Virus record (IMG/VR): IMGVR_UViG_3300009155_000044 | Span: 1-64,000 of that record | Origin: a virus | Strand: one strand, 5' to 3' | Length of the DNA stretch: 64,000 nucleotides | Shown: piece after piece, positions 43,078 through 54,307 of the stretch | Position numbering within the stretch: the first letter of the stretch is position 1 | How the letters are laid out: each line of letters starts with the position of its first letter | Position numbers and translations under genes: made by a program | Notes under the pieces: model-generated | Database searches by the model: none | Seen by the model: the letters and a program-made list of their open reading frames with translations, nothing else | What the model was told of the DNA's origin: nothing

Positions 43078-43987
43078 ATGCCAAGAATGCAATTCAGAGT
43101 TTGATGCTTTAAAAAGCTTGCACGCTCACGTTAAAAAGCACAACATGCTTTTGGGAGATTATTACGTCAAGCACTATAGGCGCAGAAACAAATTAACTGA
43201 CGAACTTATTCCTTTTAAAAATTATAGTGAATATTTTGAAAAAGATTTTTCTAATTACGAGCAATTATTAAAGTGGTGTGAAATTTCTCCCGAAAAAGAA
43301 GTGTCCGATTATATATTGCTTCTTTTAAAAAATAGAATAGATAAAAAACAATTAAAATATGGACCCAGTACTATTGAATTGTATTCTGCCAATCTCCCAC
43401 CTATTAGTTTATACAAAAAACATTTCGGAAGCTATTCTGCTGCATGTGAAAAATGCGGCGTTAAACCTATGTTCGCGAGTTCAATTGCACGTAGTTTTCA
43501 TAATGATTTCTCAAGCGTCAAAATTTTTATAGACACTAGAGAACAGAAACCACTAGAGTTTAAAAATTCTGAAAAGTTAAAATTAGACGCTGGAGACTAT
43601 GCTGTTTCTGGAAGCGACTATAAATATTGCTATGTTGACCGAAAATCTATTGAAGACTTGGCTGGAACCTTATCTTCTGGAAATGCTCGCTTTAGAAAAG
43701 AACTTGAGCGTTGCAGAAGTGCGGGATGCTTTTTATTTATTGTAATTGAAGAAGATTTATATAAATTAGAGAGCTTAACCATCTTTAAACGCAGGCAAAT
43801 AAATTTACAATTTATTTTACACGCTCTTAGAGATGTTCAGCAAGAGTATGGCGACTGCTGTCAGTTCATTTTTAGTGGCAGCAGAAAACGCAGTGAATTT
43901 TTAATTCCTAAACTGTTAGTTTTAGGGGATGTTATGAAAAATGTTGATGTGCAATATTATTTGAACATTGGACTATTAGATTATTAA
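43061..43987 (+). CDS. C2H2 Zn-finger + ERCC4-domain nuclease
   Basis: C..C...F....SL..H.K.H; IDTREQKPL...GDY...VDRKS..DL. Confidence 0.85.
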   Translation: MKMCFKCQECNSEFDALKSLHAHVKKHNMLLGDYYVKHYRRRNKLTDELIPFKNYSEYFEKDFSNYEQLLKWCEISPEKEVSDYILLLLKNRIDKKQLKYGPSTIELYSANLPPISLYKKHFGSYSAACEKCGVKPMFASSIARSFHNDFSSVKIFIDTREQKPLEFKNSEKLKLDAGDYAVSGSDYKYCYVDRKSIEDLAGTLSSGNARFRKELERCRSAGCFLFIVIEEDLYKLESLTIFKRRQINLQFILHALRDVQQEYGDCCQFIFSGSRKRSEFLIPKLLVLGDVMKNVDVQYYLNIGLLDY

Positions 43988-43993
43988 AATATT

Positions 43994-46900
43994 ATGAGTT
44001 GGGAAGCTGGACATCAAAAACTACACAATAAATTCAGAGGTATTAATGAAGAAATTCTCAATACCAAAGGATTTATTGATGAGAGAAAATCTAAAATTTT
44101 ATTATATAAATTTTTAAAAGAAAATCCCTCGTTCACTTCTGAATTCATGACAGGAGTCTCTTTGTTTCCTTTTCAACACATGGCTATTAAAGCGATGATG
44201 GACTCTGATTACTTTTTGGGAATATGGTGTTTAGATGAAAATGAATACGTTTTAACAGAAAGTGGTTTCAAGAAAATTAAAGATGTGAGTGTTGGAGAAC
44301 GAGTAAGATCTAGAAATAAATTAAATCTAGTTACTGATAAAAAATTCAACTCTCCCAATGAAAAAGGATTATATATCAAAACATTTTCAGGAGATTCTTT
44401 CAAGGCAAAACTTGGCCATAAAACTTTAATTTACAATAGCTCAACTTTAGATTTAGAATTTAAAGAGATTGAAACTTTAACAACTGAAGATTTCTTGCCA
44501 ATTAAACTTGGCATGAACTGTTGGGGAGATGTTCAATTGGTAGAGAACTCTCCAAAGATGAACATCGAAGATTGTGATTATTGGTATTTTTTATTAGGAT
44601 ACATGATTGGAGATGGATATTTTGACGACTACACTATGCACTGGTGTTCTGAAGATTCCAAGGTTATTGATATGACAATGGCTAAAGCTAAAGAGTATTT
44701 TCCTAAAAATAAAATTATTTGCCGCTCAAGAGCTAATAATGGATTTTTAGAAATGGGAATTTCTAGCAAAGATTTAATTGACTGGTTAAAATCTATTGGA
44801 TTTGATAGATCTTTAAAAGCAAAAAATAAAATCATACCAGACTCTATCCTCCAAATTAATGAGCAAAAAATGGCAGCTTTAATTAGCGGAATTTTTAGTG
44901 CAGATGGATATTGCAGCGTTCTAAAAGATAAAAGACACTCTAATTCAAAAACAGTTAAATTAGGATTAAAGAATACATCTATTGAATTGCTGAGACAGGT
45001 GAAAATGCTGCTTAATAATTTTGGAGTAGAATCTTCTATTAGATATAGTGGATCTCATAAAGATGTTCCATACTATGATTTAAAAATACTTAAAAGTGGA
45101 CATCAAAAATTTAGCGATAGAATTGGATTCGTTTCAGATCATAAACAAAATAATTTATTAGAGGTTTTAAATCTTCCAAGTAGAAAATATCAAATAAATT
45201 TAGTGCCAAATTTAGGAACTTATCTAAAGAAAAAATATAAAACGTGGCAAAAGTTATTTGGAGTAGCGGGAAACTTTGGTAAAGACATGCGTTTGGATTC
45301 TGCCTTATCAGCAAAGTTTTTAGATGAAAAAGATAAGGAGAGTCTTTTGCTTTTACAAAATGAAAATGTTTATTTTTCAAAAATTGAAACTATAACCTCC
45401 ATCGAAACTTCCACAGTAGACATTACAGTTGATTCTGAAGAGAATTACGTGGGTAATGGTATTGTGCATCATAATTCCCGTGGGATGTCCAAGTGCAGTC
45501 ATTACGATTCATTAGTGTGGACAGATAGAGGACTTATTAAAATTGGAGATATTAAAATTGGAGATAAAGTTCAAAGCCTTATAGGATTCAATGAAGTTGA
45601 AAATAAAGTTATAAATAATAAGCAGCAATCTTATAAGATTACTACTCAATCAGGATTAGTTTCTAATGGTTTGGATTATCATAAATTATTAGTCTTTAAT
45701 AAAGATTTAGAATTCGAATGGAAATTTTCTAAAGATATCATTATTGATGATATTTTGGTTATTAAAAAATTCAAAACTCTAGAACTTTTGCAAAAAGATA
45801 TTTTTGCAGATTTTAAATTTGAAAATAACGTAGTTAATTTTAATAAACCAAAAGTTGTTAAATTTGATAATGCACCTTTAAAGGATTGGTACTATTTCTT
45901 TGGTTTGCTTATTGGAGATGGGTGTATTTTAAATAGGGGAATATCTATCACTTCTGAAGATTTTGAAATTAAAGATTTTTTAGAAGCTTTTTCTTTAAAA
46001 CTGGGCCTTAATTTAACCGTTGTAAATAAACCAGGAAAAACCAAAGATTTTAGAATTTATTCAAAGGAATTAATTTCATTTTTATATCATTTAGGATTTG
46101 ATCAAAAAAAAGCTTGCGAAAAAAATATCCCAAGTATTTTAACACAAGCTTCATCAGAAAATATTCAATTTTTAATGAGAGGATTATTTGATACAGATGG
46201 ATATTGCGCCACTCAAAGAAAAGAAAAAAAAGGAACTCGTGTAAGGGTCGGATTTACTTCAACTAGCGAAGTACTAATCCATCAAATACTTAATCTATGT
46301 TTACAAGAAGGTTTTCTTTTTAAGAAAAAATTAACATTTAAAGGTGGTGCATCTAATTTTCCTAATGGAAAAATTTACAACTGCAATAAAGCTTGGAGTT
46401 TAATTTTAAGCGATGGCAAATCTGTAAAAGAATTTGGTGAAAAAATTGGTTTTAATATCAAAAGAAAACAATCTAAAATTCTTGATTTACAAGAACAAAC
46501 TTCACAAGATGGTAGTTTTTGTGAATTCATACCATATGTCGGAGATTTTTTAAAGAAAAAACTCAATAAGAAATCTATTTGTTTCATTAAAGACGAAAAA
46601 AAAATAAAATTAAATTTTAGAGAAAAAACTAGCAGAGTTCTTTTGAATAAAATTTTAAATTTTGAAAACTTACCAGATGATATTCGGGAAAAACTTAATT
46701 TTTTAAATAAAAATGATGTATATTTTGAAAAAGTTAAATCAGTAGAAATGGACGAATGCGTCACTGTTGATATTCAGGTTGCTAATGAACATTGTTATAT
46801 AGCAGATGGGATAGTTAATCACAACTCCTTTTCTACAGCAGTGTTTGCCATCTTAGATGCGACGTTAAATCAAGGAGTTCACATTGGAATTATTAGTAAA

Positions 46901-48433
46901 TCATTTCGTCAGTCAAAAATGATTTTTAGAAAAATTGAAGAAATTTCTAGAAGTCCAAAAGCTGGATTTTTAGCTCAGTGCATCACTAGAATTTCCAAAA
47001 CAAATGATGAGTGGATCATTGAAATTGGTAGAAGTCGAATCACTGCTCTTCCATTAGGAGATGGTGAAAAATTAAGAGGTTTTCGCTTTCAAAGAATGAT
47101 TATTGACGAACTTCTTTTGATGCCAGAAAAGATTTTAAATGAAGTTATTCTTCCATTCTTATCTGTGGTGGAAAATCCTACAGAAAGACAGCAGCTTCAC
47201 GATTTAGAGAGTAAATTAATAGCCAAGGGAGAAATGATAGAAGAGGATCGCTATCGCTGGCCAAGTAATAAGATTATTGGTTTATCATCAGCAAGTTACA
47301 AGTTTGAATACTTGTACAAATTGTATCAAGAGTATGAACGACTCATTATGCATCCAGATAAGCAAGATGGCGCTCACAGAGTCATCATGCACTTTAGCTA
47401 CGACTGCGCTCCACAGCAATTATACGATCAGAACTTGCTCAGCCAAGCAAAAGCTACAATGAGTCAATCTCAATTTGAAAGAGAATTTGGAAGCGTATTT
47501 ACAGATGATAGCTCAGGCTATTTTAAAGTTAGCAAAATGGCTCTCTGCACAGTAGTTGATGGAGAGGGACAAAGTGTGGAAATCGTGGGAGAATCAAAGG
47601 CTGAATATATTGCTAGTTTTGACCCTTCATGGTCAGAGAGTGATGGATCAGATGATTTTGCTATTCAATTAATCAAATTAAATCCATCCAAGAAAGGAGG
47701 AACTGTGGTTCACTCTTATGCTATGCCAGGAACTAATTTGAAAAAGCACATCGAGTATTTTCACTATTTATTAAGTAATTTTAATATTATAGCTGTTGTG
47801 GGAGACTACAATGGAGGCGTTCAATTTTTAAGCGCATGTAATGAGAGCGAACTTTTTAAAAGAGATGGTTTAAAACTTGAAACTTTTGATTTTGATTTTG
47901 ACAACATAGCAGATTATGACAAATCTTTACGCGAGGCTAGAAGTCAATACAATTTAACAACTAAAAGAATAGTTCATTTGAGAAAGCCTAGTTCTTTTTG
48001 GATTAGATATGCTAATGAATTGCTTCAAGGATCTTTTGATCATCGAAGAATCTGGTTTGCGGGCATGGCAATTGATGATGATTACTCTAAGCAAAAAACT
48101 GCCAAGATTAGCATTGATGATATCAAGTATAGTAAAATAGAAGAGGATCTTTCTTCTGGGGCAAAGTTGATTGATTTTATTGAGCATCAGAAAGACATGA
48201 TTGAATTAATTAAAGTTCAATGCGCTCTTGTGCAAGTAACAACATCCACTCAAGGAACTCAAAGTTTTGATTTGCCCTCAAATCTCAAAAAACAAAAGGG
48301 TGCAAACAGAGCTAGAAAAGATTCTTACTCAGCTTTAGTGTTGGGAAACTGGATGATGCACATGTATTATGACATGATGGCAGTGGAAGCAACTGCTGCT
48401 CCGATTGGATTCACTCCAATGTTTATTTGTTGA
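43994..48433 (+). CDS. terL: terminase large subunit with two inteins (about 619 aa after splicing)
   Basis: Spliced Walker A GIW|SRGMSK|SFS; Walker B MIIDELL; nuclease SFDPS, D..SAL..GNW. Confidence 0.92.
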   Translation: MSWEAGHQKLHNKFRGINEEILNTKGFIDERKSKILLYKFLKENPSFTSEFMTGVSLFPFQHMAIKAMMDSDYFLGIWCLDENEYVLTESGFKKIKDVSVGERVRSRNKLNLVTDKKFNSPNEKGLYIKTFSGDSFKAKLGHKTLIYNSSTLDLEFKEIETLTTEDFLPIKLGMNCWGDVQLVENSPKMNIEDCDYWYFLLGYMIGDGYFDDYTMHWCSEDSKVIDMTMAKAKEYFPKNKIICRSRANNGFLEMGISSKDLIDWLKSIGFDRSLKAKNKIIPDSILQINEQKMAALISGIFSADGYCSVLKDKRHSNSKTVKLGLKNTSIELLRQVKMLLNNFGVESSIRYSGSHKDVPYYDLKILKSGHQKFSDRIGFVSDHKQNNLLEVLNLPSRKYQINLVPNLGTYLKKKYKTWQKLFGVAGNFGKDMRLDSALSAKFLDEKDKESLLLLQNENVYFSKIETITSIETSTVDITVDSEENYVGNGIVHHNSRGMSKCSHYDSLVWTDRGLIKIGDIKIGDKVQSLIGFNEVENKVINNKQQSYKITTQSGLVSNGLDYHKLLVFNKDLEFEWKFSKDIIIDDILVIKKFKTLELLQKDIFADFKFENNVVNFNKPKVVKFDNAPLKDWYYFFGLLIGDGCILNRGISITSEDFEIKDFLEAFSLKLGLNLTVVNKPGKTKDFRIYSKELISFLYHLGFDQKKACEKNIPSILTQASSENIQFLMRGLFDTDGYCATQRKEKKGTRVRVGFTSTSEVLIHQILNLCLQEGFLFKKKLTFKGGASNFPNGKIYNCNKAWSLILSDGKSVKEFGEKIGFNIKRKQSKILDLQEQTSQDGSFCEFIPYVGDFLKKKLNKKSICFIKDEKKIKLNFREKTSRVLLNKILNFENLPDDIREKLNFLNKNDVYFEKVKSVEMDECVTVDIQVANEHCYIADGIVNHNSFSTAVFAILDATLNQGVHIGIISKSFRQSKMIFRKIEEISRSPKAGFLAQCITRISKTNDEWIIEIGRSRITALPLGDGEKLRGFRFQRMIIDELLLMPEKILNEVILPFLSVVENPTERQQLHDLESKLIAKGEMIEEDRYRWPSNKIIGLSSASYKFEYLYKLYQEYERLIMHPDKQDGAHRVIMHFSYDCAPQQLYDQNLLSQAKATMSQSQFEREFGSVFTDDSSGYFKVSKMALCTVVDGEGQSVEIVGESKAEYIASFDPSWSESDGSDDFAIQLIKLNPSKKGGTVVHSYAMPGTNLKKHIEYFHYLLSNFNIIAVVGDYNGGVQFLSACNESELFKRDGLKLETFDFDFDNIADYDKSLREARSQYNLTTKRIVHLRKPSSFWIRYANELLQGSFDHRRIWFAGMAIDDDYSKQKTAKISIDDIKYSKIEEDLSSGAKLIDFIEHQKDMIELIKVQCALVQVTTSTQGTQSFDLPSNLKKQKGANRARKDSYSALVLGNWMMHMYYDMMAVEATAAPIGFTPMFIC
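44228..45475 (+). mobile_element. intein 1 (416 aa) with LAGLIDADG endonuclease
   Basis: CLDENEYV... LLGYMIGDG ... ISGIFSADG ... VDITV...NGIVHHN|S. Confidence 0.92.
45494..46825 (+). mobile_element. intein 2 (444 aa) with LAGLIDADG endonuclease
   Basis: CSHYDSLV... FGLLIGDG ... MRGLFDTDG ... VDIQV...DGIVNHN|S. Confidence 0.92.
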
Positions 48434-48487
48434 CTTTAAACTTTTAAAGTTGACTTTTACTATTTCAGTGTAAATCAAAATGAAATC

Positions 48488-50473
48488 ATGGAAAAAAGAG
48501 CGTATACTAAAAAGTCTGATTATTGGTCTAATTTTACTAAAGCATCTGTAGAAGGAACTGCTGCACAAAATGGAGAGTTCGTTCCAGAATTATCTGGTGA
48601 TCCTTTTTACGTCTCACAGTCTTCATTCAAATCAACATCAAATGCAGCTTATTCTCGCAAAGCATCGTCAACAACTTATAATAGAAAAAATGTAGGAGCT
48701 TTTGTTCCAGTAATTGATCGATATGGCAGCATTCGCAATGGACTTTTGCCTTATGATTATGCAATGGATGGAGTTAATGTTAGAGAGGCTATTGAACTGT
48801 GTCAAAAAGCTTATGCTAATGTGTCTGTTTTTCGCAATGCTATTGATGTTATGTCTGAGTTTGCCAATACTGAACTTTACTTAGAGGGTGGAACAAAAAA
48901 AAGTCGTGATTTTTTCAATGAGTGGTTTAAAAGAATTAAAATTTGGAACTTGAAAGATCAGTACTTTAGAGAGTACTACAGAGGAGGAAACATTTTCTTG
49001 TACAGAGTTGATGGTAAATTTAAAGCTGATGATTTTGCTCTTTTAGTAAAACAGCTTGGCGGAGTGTCTAAAATTAATAATTCTATTCCTGTTAAGTATA
49101 TTTTGCTCAATCCTTTTGACGTTGTCGCTAGGAGAAGCTCTAGTTTTGCAACTGGATTGTACGAAAAAATTCTTTCAGAATACGAACTCTCTCGCCTTCA
49201 AACTCCTGTTACAGAAGAGGACAAAGATATTTTAAATGGTCTGCCACCAAAGGTGAGAGAGCAGATTAAAATAGGAACTTACTTTAAAGATGGCTTGAAA
49301 ATTGAACTTGATCCATCTAAATTAAGTTATTCCTTTTATAAAAAGCAAGACTACGAACCGTTTGCAGTTCCATTTGGATTTTCAGTTTTAGAAGATATCA
49401 ATGCTAAATTAGAGTTGAAAAAAATGGATCAAGCGATTACTCGCACTGTAGAGAACGTTATTCTTCTCATCACAATGGGAACGGATCCAGACAAGGGCGG
49501 CATTAATGCTAATAATTTGCAAGCTATGCAAGGCTTGTTCCGAAATGAGAGCGTGGGCAGAGTTTTAGTTTCAGACTATACAACAAAAGCTGATTTTGTC
49601 ATTCCAGATCTTAACAAAGTTCTTGGTTCTGAAAAATATAAAGTGTTAAATGAGGACATCAAACAAGGATTACAAAACATCATTGTTGGAGAAGAGAAAT
49701 ATAGCGCTACAGAAGTTAAAGCTCAGATTTTTGTTGATCGTTTAAAAGAGTCTCGCAATGCTTTCTTGAATGACTTTTTGCAAGTTGAGATTAAACGCAT
49801 AGCTAAAAATCTTGGCTTTAGATCTTATCCTACAGCATGTTTTAGAGACATTGACATGAGAGATCAAACTCAACTCATGAGAGTTTCTAGTCGTTTAATG
49901 GAGCTAGGCATTCTCACTCCTCAACAAGGCATGGAAATGTTCCAAACTGGCAAATTTCCAAAACCAGAAGACATCTCTCCAGCACAATCAGTTTATATTG
50001 ATGAGAGAAAAGATGGATACTATAATCCTATTGTTGGGGGAATTCCTTTCATCTCTCCTCCAACTCCAGTTGCTGGCAAAATCAATGCTACTAATAAAGT
50101 ACCTGGACGACCAGAGGGAACAACTGGTATTCCAATCGTGAAAGCTGAATATTCTGTTAAAAATATTCATTCTACCATTAAAAAAATGGAGCAAATGAGA
50201 GCTTTAGCAGATGCTTCTCTTAAAAAGAAATTTAAAATTAAAACTCTCTCAGAACAGCAGTCTAGTATTTTAGATCAACTGTGCGAGAAAGTTATTGTTT
50301 CTAAAGATGCAGAAAATTGGGCATCTTGTGCTAGTTCTTGTGTAAACGACTTTGAACAAATTTCTCTTTTGCAACCAAAAGAGGAAATCTTATCCATTTT
50401 AGCGGAGCATCAACTCGAAGATGACTTGTCAGCAGCAATCCTTTACCACTCAAACCAAATCAATGAAAATTAA
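48488..50473 (+). CDS. portal protein
   Basis: Position after terL; size; CQKAY.N...FRNAID.M.EF and ELGIL motifs of this phage group. Confidence 0.75.
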   Translation: MEKRAYTKKSDYWSNFTKASVEGTAAQNGEFVPELSGDPFYVSQSSFKSTSNAAYSRKASSTTYNRKNVGAFVPVIDRYGSIRNGLLPYDYAMDGVNVREAIELCQKAYANVSVFRNAIDVMSEFANTELYLEGGTKKSRDFFNEWFKRIKIWNLKDQYFREYYRGGNIFLYRVDGKFKADDFALLVKQLGGVSKINNSIPVKYILLNPFDVVARRSSSFATGLYEKILSEYELSRLQTPVTEEDKDILNGLPPKVREQIKIGTYFKDGLKIELDPSKLSYSFYKKQDYEPFAVPFGFSVLEDINAKLELKKMDQAITRTVENVILLITMGTDPDKGGINANNLQAMQGLFRNESVGRVLVSDYTTKADFVIPDLNKVLGSEKYKVLNEDIKQGLQNIIVGEEKYSATEVKAQIFVDRLKESRNAFLNDFLQVEIKRIAKNLGFRSYPTACFRDIDMRDQTQLMRVSSRLMELGILTPQQGMEMFQTGKFPKPEDISPAQSVYIDERKDGYYNPIVGGIPFISPPTPVAGKINATNKVPGRPEGTTGIPIVKAEYSVKNIHSTIKKMEQMRALADASLKKKFKIKTLSEQQSSILDQLCEKVIVSKDAENWASCASSCVNDFEQISLLQPKEEILSILAEHQLEDDLSAAILYHSNQINEN

Positions 50474-50855
50474 CTTAGGCGATATTAAAGCTCCATTAGA
50501 AAAAACAGTAACATTACAAAATGGAGAATATGAAATTTCTCTTTCTAAAATGGGGCCAAAGCAAGAGCATCTTTACAAGCAGTTTATGAATCACTGCGCT
50601 ATGAATGAAGAGGATCTTGTCAACACTGCTGGAATGAGCAAAGAGGCTACCATGTCTACATGCGCTATGCAATTTGACAAGATGAAAGCGATGATGATGG
50701 AAAAGAGCACTTCTGGAGAACTCACTCCCGCTCAAAAGAAACTTCCTCTTCCACTCCAAAAAGCTATTTTAAAAAAAATGGATAGTCCCAATGATTCTGC
50801 TAAGCATGAAAATAAAGAGAGCACTCAAATGGAAAATACTGAAGAAGGAAAATAA
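50463..50855 (+). CDS. hypothetical head-region protein
   Basis: ORF track; LTPAQKKLP..LQKAIL motif. Confidence 0.65.
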   Translation: MKINLGDIKAPLEKTVTLQNGEYEISLSKMGPKQEHLYKQFMNHCAMNEEDLVNTAGMSKEATMSTCAMQFDKMKAMMMEKSTSGELTPAQKKLPLPLQKAILKKMDSPNDSAKHENKESTQMENTEEGK

Positions 50856-50861
50856 TTATTA

Positions 50862-52445
50862 ATGAAGCAATATAAATATACTAGCTCATTTTTCTCGCCA
50901 ATTCGCTTTTGCGCATTGGGAGATGAGTCTTTTATTTCTAAAGCTTCACTTGAAAATTTAAAACCTCTTATTCCTCAAGAAATTAACTTTTCTGAGAATA
51001 TTGATTTGTTGGGAGTAGCATTTAATGCTGCTGTTGTGAATAAATTTAATAAGAATGATGATGGAATGGATGCAGTTACAGCATCTCAAATTGTTAAAAA
51101 CTTTATTCACAAACCAACGAACATTGAGCATGATAAGAATCAAATTGTTGGACACATTGTTTCTGCTGGCTTTAGCGAATATGGAGAAGACAGCGCTTTA
51201 ATCTCTTTAGACGCTGTAGCATCTAGAACTGATGCTTTTAATATTTCTCTTGGGGCTGTGGTTTATAAATATGTTAACAAAGATTTTGCTAGCATGATTC
51301 AAAGATCAGTAGATCCAACTGACACTATTTATCAGCATATTTCTACTAGTTGGGAGATTGGTTTTAATGATTTTACCATTGCAGTTGGCGGCGAGGATTT
51401 CTCAGACTGCGAACTAATCACTAATCCAAAACACTTTGAAGAGATGAAAGCTAAATTAAAAGCTTATGGTGGTCCAGGTAGATTGAGCGATGGCTCTAAA
51501 GTTTATCGCATTTTGAAAGGAGAAGTTTTTCCACTAGGAATTGGATTCACAACAAATCCAGCAGCAGATGTTAAAGGTTTATTCTCAGATCAATCAGAAT
51601 TCAAGCAATTTCCAGTTCAAGAAAAAAAATCAATTTTTAGCATTAAGCACCCCCTCTTTAGTGAAAAAAATAAATCTAAAATTTCACAAGATAAAATTCT
51701 TGCTGTAAATAACACAAAAATCAAGACTATGGATGTAGAAAAAATTCTCTTAGAGTTAAAAGACGTTCTTTTGGAAAAGAAATTTTCCGAAGAAGCCGTG
51801 GCTAATATGACCAACACATTTGCTGATGCTATCAAGCAGAAAGATGCTGAATACAAAGCTTCTTTAGTAGCAGCTGCAAAAGAAAAAGAAGCATTAGCTG
51901 CTGAGCGCGAAGCTCTTCAAGCTTCCATGGCTGAAATTCGCGAACAGCTTGCAACTTCCAGTCAAAAGCTTGCAGAATTTGAAGCTTTCAAGAAAATTGA
52001 AGAGGGTTTGGCCCGATTCAATTCTCGCATGGACACTGTTGATCAAAGCTACGAATTAGATGCTGAAGATCGACAATTTTTAGTTCAAGAACTCAAGTCT
52101 TTGGATGAAACAGAAGAAAGCTTCGCTTCCTTCCAAGGCAAATTAGCAGTTGTGTGGAAACACAAAAACAAAGAAGCTAAAGCTTCTATTGACAAGAGCA
52201 TTCAAGACAAAATTGATGCTGAAGTTGAAAAGAAAATCGCTAAACTCAAATTATCAAAAGCTTCTGAAGAAAAAGAAGCTGAAAAAGAACTAGAAGAGTC
52301 TGATTCAATTCCTGATGCTATTGAAAATGCTGAAGCTTCCGAAGCTGGCATTAGTAGCTCAAATGAAACATCTTCTCGTTCTGAACCATCTCTGCGCGAT
52401 AAATTCGCCGCAGCTTTTAACCGTAACAATATTATCATTTCCTAA
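50862..52445 (+). CDS. prohead protease / scaffold fusion
   Basis: NKNDDG, KPTNIEH, STSWEIGF, GIGFT.NPAA N-terminal domain; long acidic coiled-coil C-terminus. Confidence 0.75.
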   Translation: MKQYKYTSSFFSPIRFCALGDESFISKASLENLKPLIPQEINFSENIDLLGVAFNAAVVNKFNKNDDGMDAVTASQIVKNFIHKPTNIEHDKNQIVGHIVSAGFSEYGEDSALISLDAVASRTDAFNISLGAVVYKYVNKDFASMIQRSVDPTDTIYQHISTSWEIGFNDFTIAVGGEDFSDCELITNPKHFEEMKAKLKAYGGPGRLSDGSKVYRILKGEVFPLGIGFTTNPAADVKGLFSDQSEFKQFPVQEKKSIFSIKHPLFSEKNKSKISQDKILAVNNTKIKTMDVEKILLELKDVLLEKKFSEEAVANMTNTFADAIKQKDAEYKASLVAAAKEKEALAAEREALQASMAEIREQLATSSQKLAEFEAFKKIEEGLARFNSRMDTVDQSYELDAEDRQFLVQELKSLDETEESFASFQGKLAVVWKHKNKEAKASIDKSIQDKIDAEVEKKIAKLKLSKASEEKEAEKELEESDSIPDAIENAEASEAGISSSNETSSRSEPSLRDKFAAAFNRNNIIIS

Positions 52446-52455
52446 TTAAAAAAAT

Positions 52456-53094
52456 ATGGCACTTCGAATCTTACCATTCAGACAATATTCCGAAACTGAT
52501 GTTATCAACATGTTTGCACTTGATGTGGCGCATGTTGGTGATAGCACAACTGGAACTACTAACGGAGACGCTGGCGTTTTCGTCACAACTAGCTCGGGCA
52601 ACTTGAACCTTGATACTATCACTTATGATAACGCTTATGGCACGTATTTAGGTAAAACAGATTATGCTTTTGTTGGTGGAAATTCTTATCCAAGAGTTTC
52701 GCTTTCTGTCAAACCAGCAACATCTGGAGATGGTCTTCTTGGAATGACTCTCTATCAAACAGCAAAGACTGATGAAAATGGAGAAAAACTTCTCTATTAT
52801 CCTCAGAAAGCCGCTGAACTTCAAGCTGTTCTTCCTGGACAAGCTGTTCCAATTGCTACTCGCGGATTGTTCACTATCACTAGCACAGCTTATAATGGCG
52901 CTATTGGTATTGGAAGTGGATTAAAGCTTCCATCTGGAACTTCTGGAACTCTCACTGGTTGTGCAATGACTGATCCTACTCGCGTGGCTATGGTCATTGC
53001 TACAGGATCTCGCACAGTTAGCACATCCATTCCCGATCAATTCGCAGGAACAGGCTCTAGCAATTACGCTATCATTGCTCTTGGAATCGCTTAA
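52456..53094 (+). CDS. capsid decoration/auxiliary protein
   Basis: Position between scaffold and MCP; Gly/Thr-rich. Confidence 0.65.
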   Translation: MALRILPFRQYSETDVINMFALDVAHVGDSTTGTTNGDAGVFVTTSSGNLNLDTITYDNAYGTYLGKTDYAFVGGNSYPRVSLSVKPATSGDGLLGMTLYQTAKTDENGEKLLYYPQKAAELQAVLPGQAVPIATRGLFTITSTAYNGAIGIGSGLKLPSGTSGTLTGCAMTDPTRVAMVIATGSRTVSTSIPDQFAGTGSSNYAIIALGIA

Positions 53095-53116
53095 TTTTAA
53101 CCCTTTTAAAATATAA

Positions 53117-54259
53117 ATGAAAATTACACTCAAAAGAACTCCTGAGCAAATCGAGTTGATCAAGGCTATGGCCTCGAAAAATCGCGCTGTTGCATCAGAA
53201 GCACAAACAGCTCTCGCTGAATTTATTGGTCCAGTTTTAGCTGAAGTGATTAACAACGCTCCAACACTCAGTAACTTGTTTACAGTGTTTCAGTTCAACA
53301 AGGATGATAATCCTAGCATTCCTCTTGATCTCTACTACGATGTAACTGCTGAAGATTACATCACTGTTTACAGTCAGAGCGTTGCTGGTGGTCTTCCCCA
53401 GAACCAAGTGATCCCAACTGTGAGCGAAATGAAAATCGCTACTTATTCTCTCGACTCTGCACTCAGCTTTGATAAGCGCTATGCAGCTAAGAGCCGCATG
53501 GATGTGATTAGCAAAACTTTCACTCGCATGGCTCAAGAGATTCTCTTCAAACAAGAGAAAACTTCTGCAAACTTGATTCTCGCAGCTTTAGCTAATGCAA
53601 CTACTAATACTAAAAGTCACGTTCAACGATCTTCAGTTGCTGGGCGCTTCCTCTTAGCTGACCTCAACGAACTGTTCACTCTCGCCAAGAGAATCAACAC
53701 ATCATGGCTTAGAGGCACTCCAGAGAGTCGTTCTAGTCGTGGCATCACTGACATCATTGTTTCTCCAGAAGTTGTTCAAGAGCTTCGCGCAATGGCTTAT
53801 AATCCTATCAATACAAAAGGAAGTCCTGTTGGCGGACAAGCTGCTGATGGTCTTGCTGCTCCAGAAGAAATGAGAACTTCAATCTATAATAGTGCTGGTA
53901 TTCCAGAGTTTTATGGAGTTTCAATCATGGAAATCAATGAGCTTGGCAAGGGTCAGCGCTTTAATACCATTTTTGGTAACGTTGCTGGAAGTAAAACCTT
54001 CTCTAATGCTGCTAATACAACTACCGCAGCATTCACAGCTGCTAGTGAAGAAATTCTTATTGGTATTGATCGTACTCGCGAATCCTTGATTCGCGCAGTT
54101 GCTACTGATGCTGATACAGGATCCGAATTCAATCTCGTCGCTGATGACCAGTACTCTATTCGTCAGAATAAAATTGGATACTTTGGTGGTCTTGAAGAAG
54201 GTCGCATGGTGCTTGACACTCGCGCTCTTGTTGGCAAAATCGTCTCTGGATTATCATAA
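53117..54259 (+). CDS. major capsid protein
   Basis: 380 aa; position in the head module; followed by a strong terminator. Confidence 0.8.
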   Translation: MKITLKRTPEQIELIKAMASKNRAVASEAQTALAEFIGPVLAEVINNAPTLSNLFTVFQFNKDDNPSIPLDLYYDVTAEDYITVYSQSVAGGLPQNQVIPTVSEMKIATYSLDSALSFDKRYAAKSRMDVISKTFTRMAQEILFKQEKTSANLILAALANATTNTKSHVQRSSVAGRFLLADLNELFTLAKRINTSWLRGTPESRSSRGITDIIVSPEVVQELRAMAYNPINTKGSPVGGQAADGLAAPEEMRTSIYNSAGIPEFYGVSIMEINELGKGQRFNTIFGNVAGSKTFSNAANTTTAAFTAASEEILIGIDRTRESLIRAVATDADTGSEFNLVADDQYSIRQNKIGYFGGLEEGRMVLDTRALVGKIVSGLS

Positions 54260-54278
54260 GATAATCTTTCTTAAACTG

Positions 54279-54307
54279 AGCCGCCCTGAAAGGGGCGGCT
54301 CTTTTTA
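54279..54307 (+). terminator. intrinsic terminator after MCP
   Basis: GAGCCGCCCT GAA AGGGGCGGCTC followed by a T run. Confidence 0.8.
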
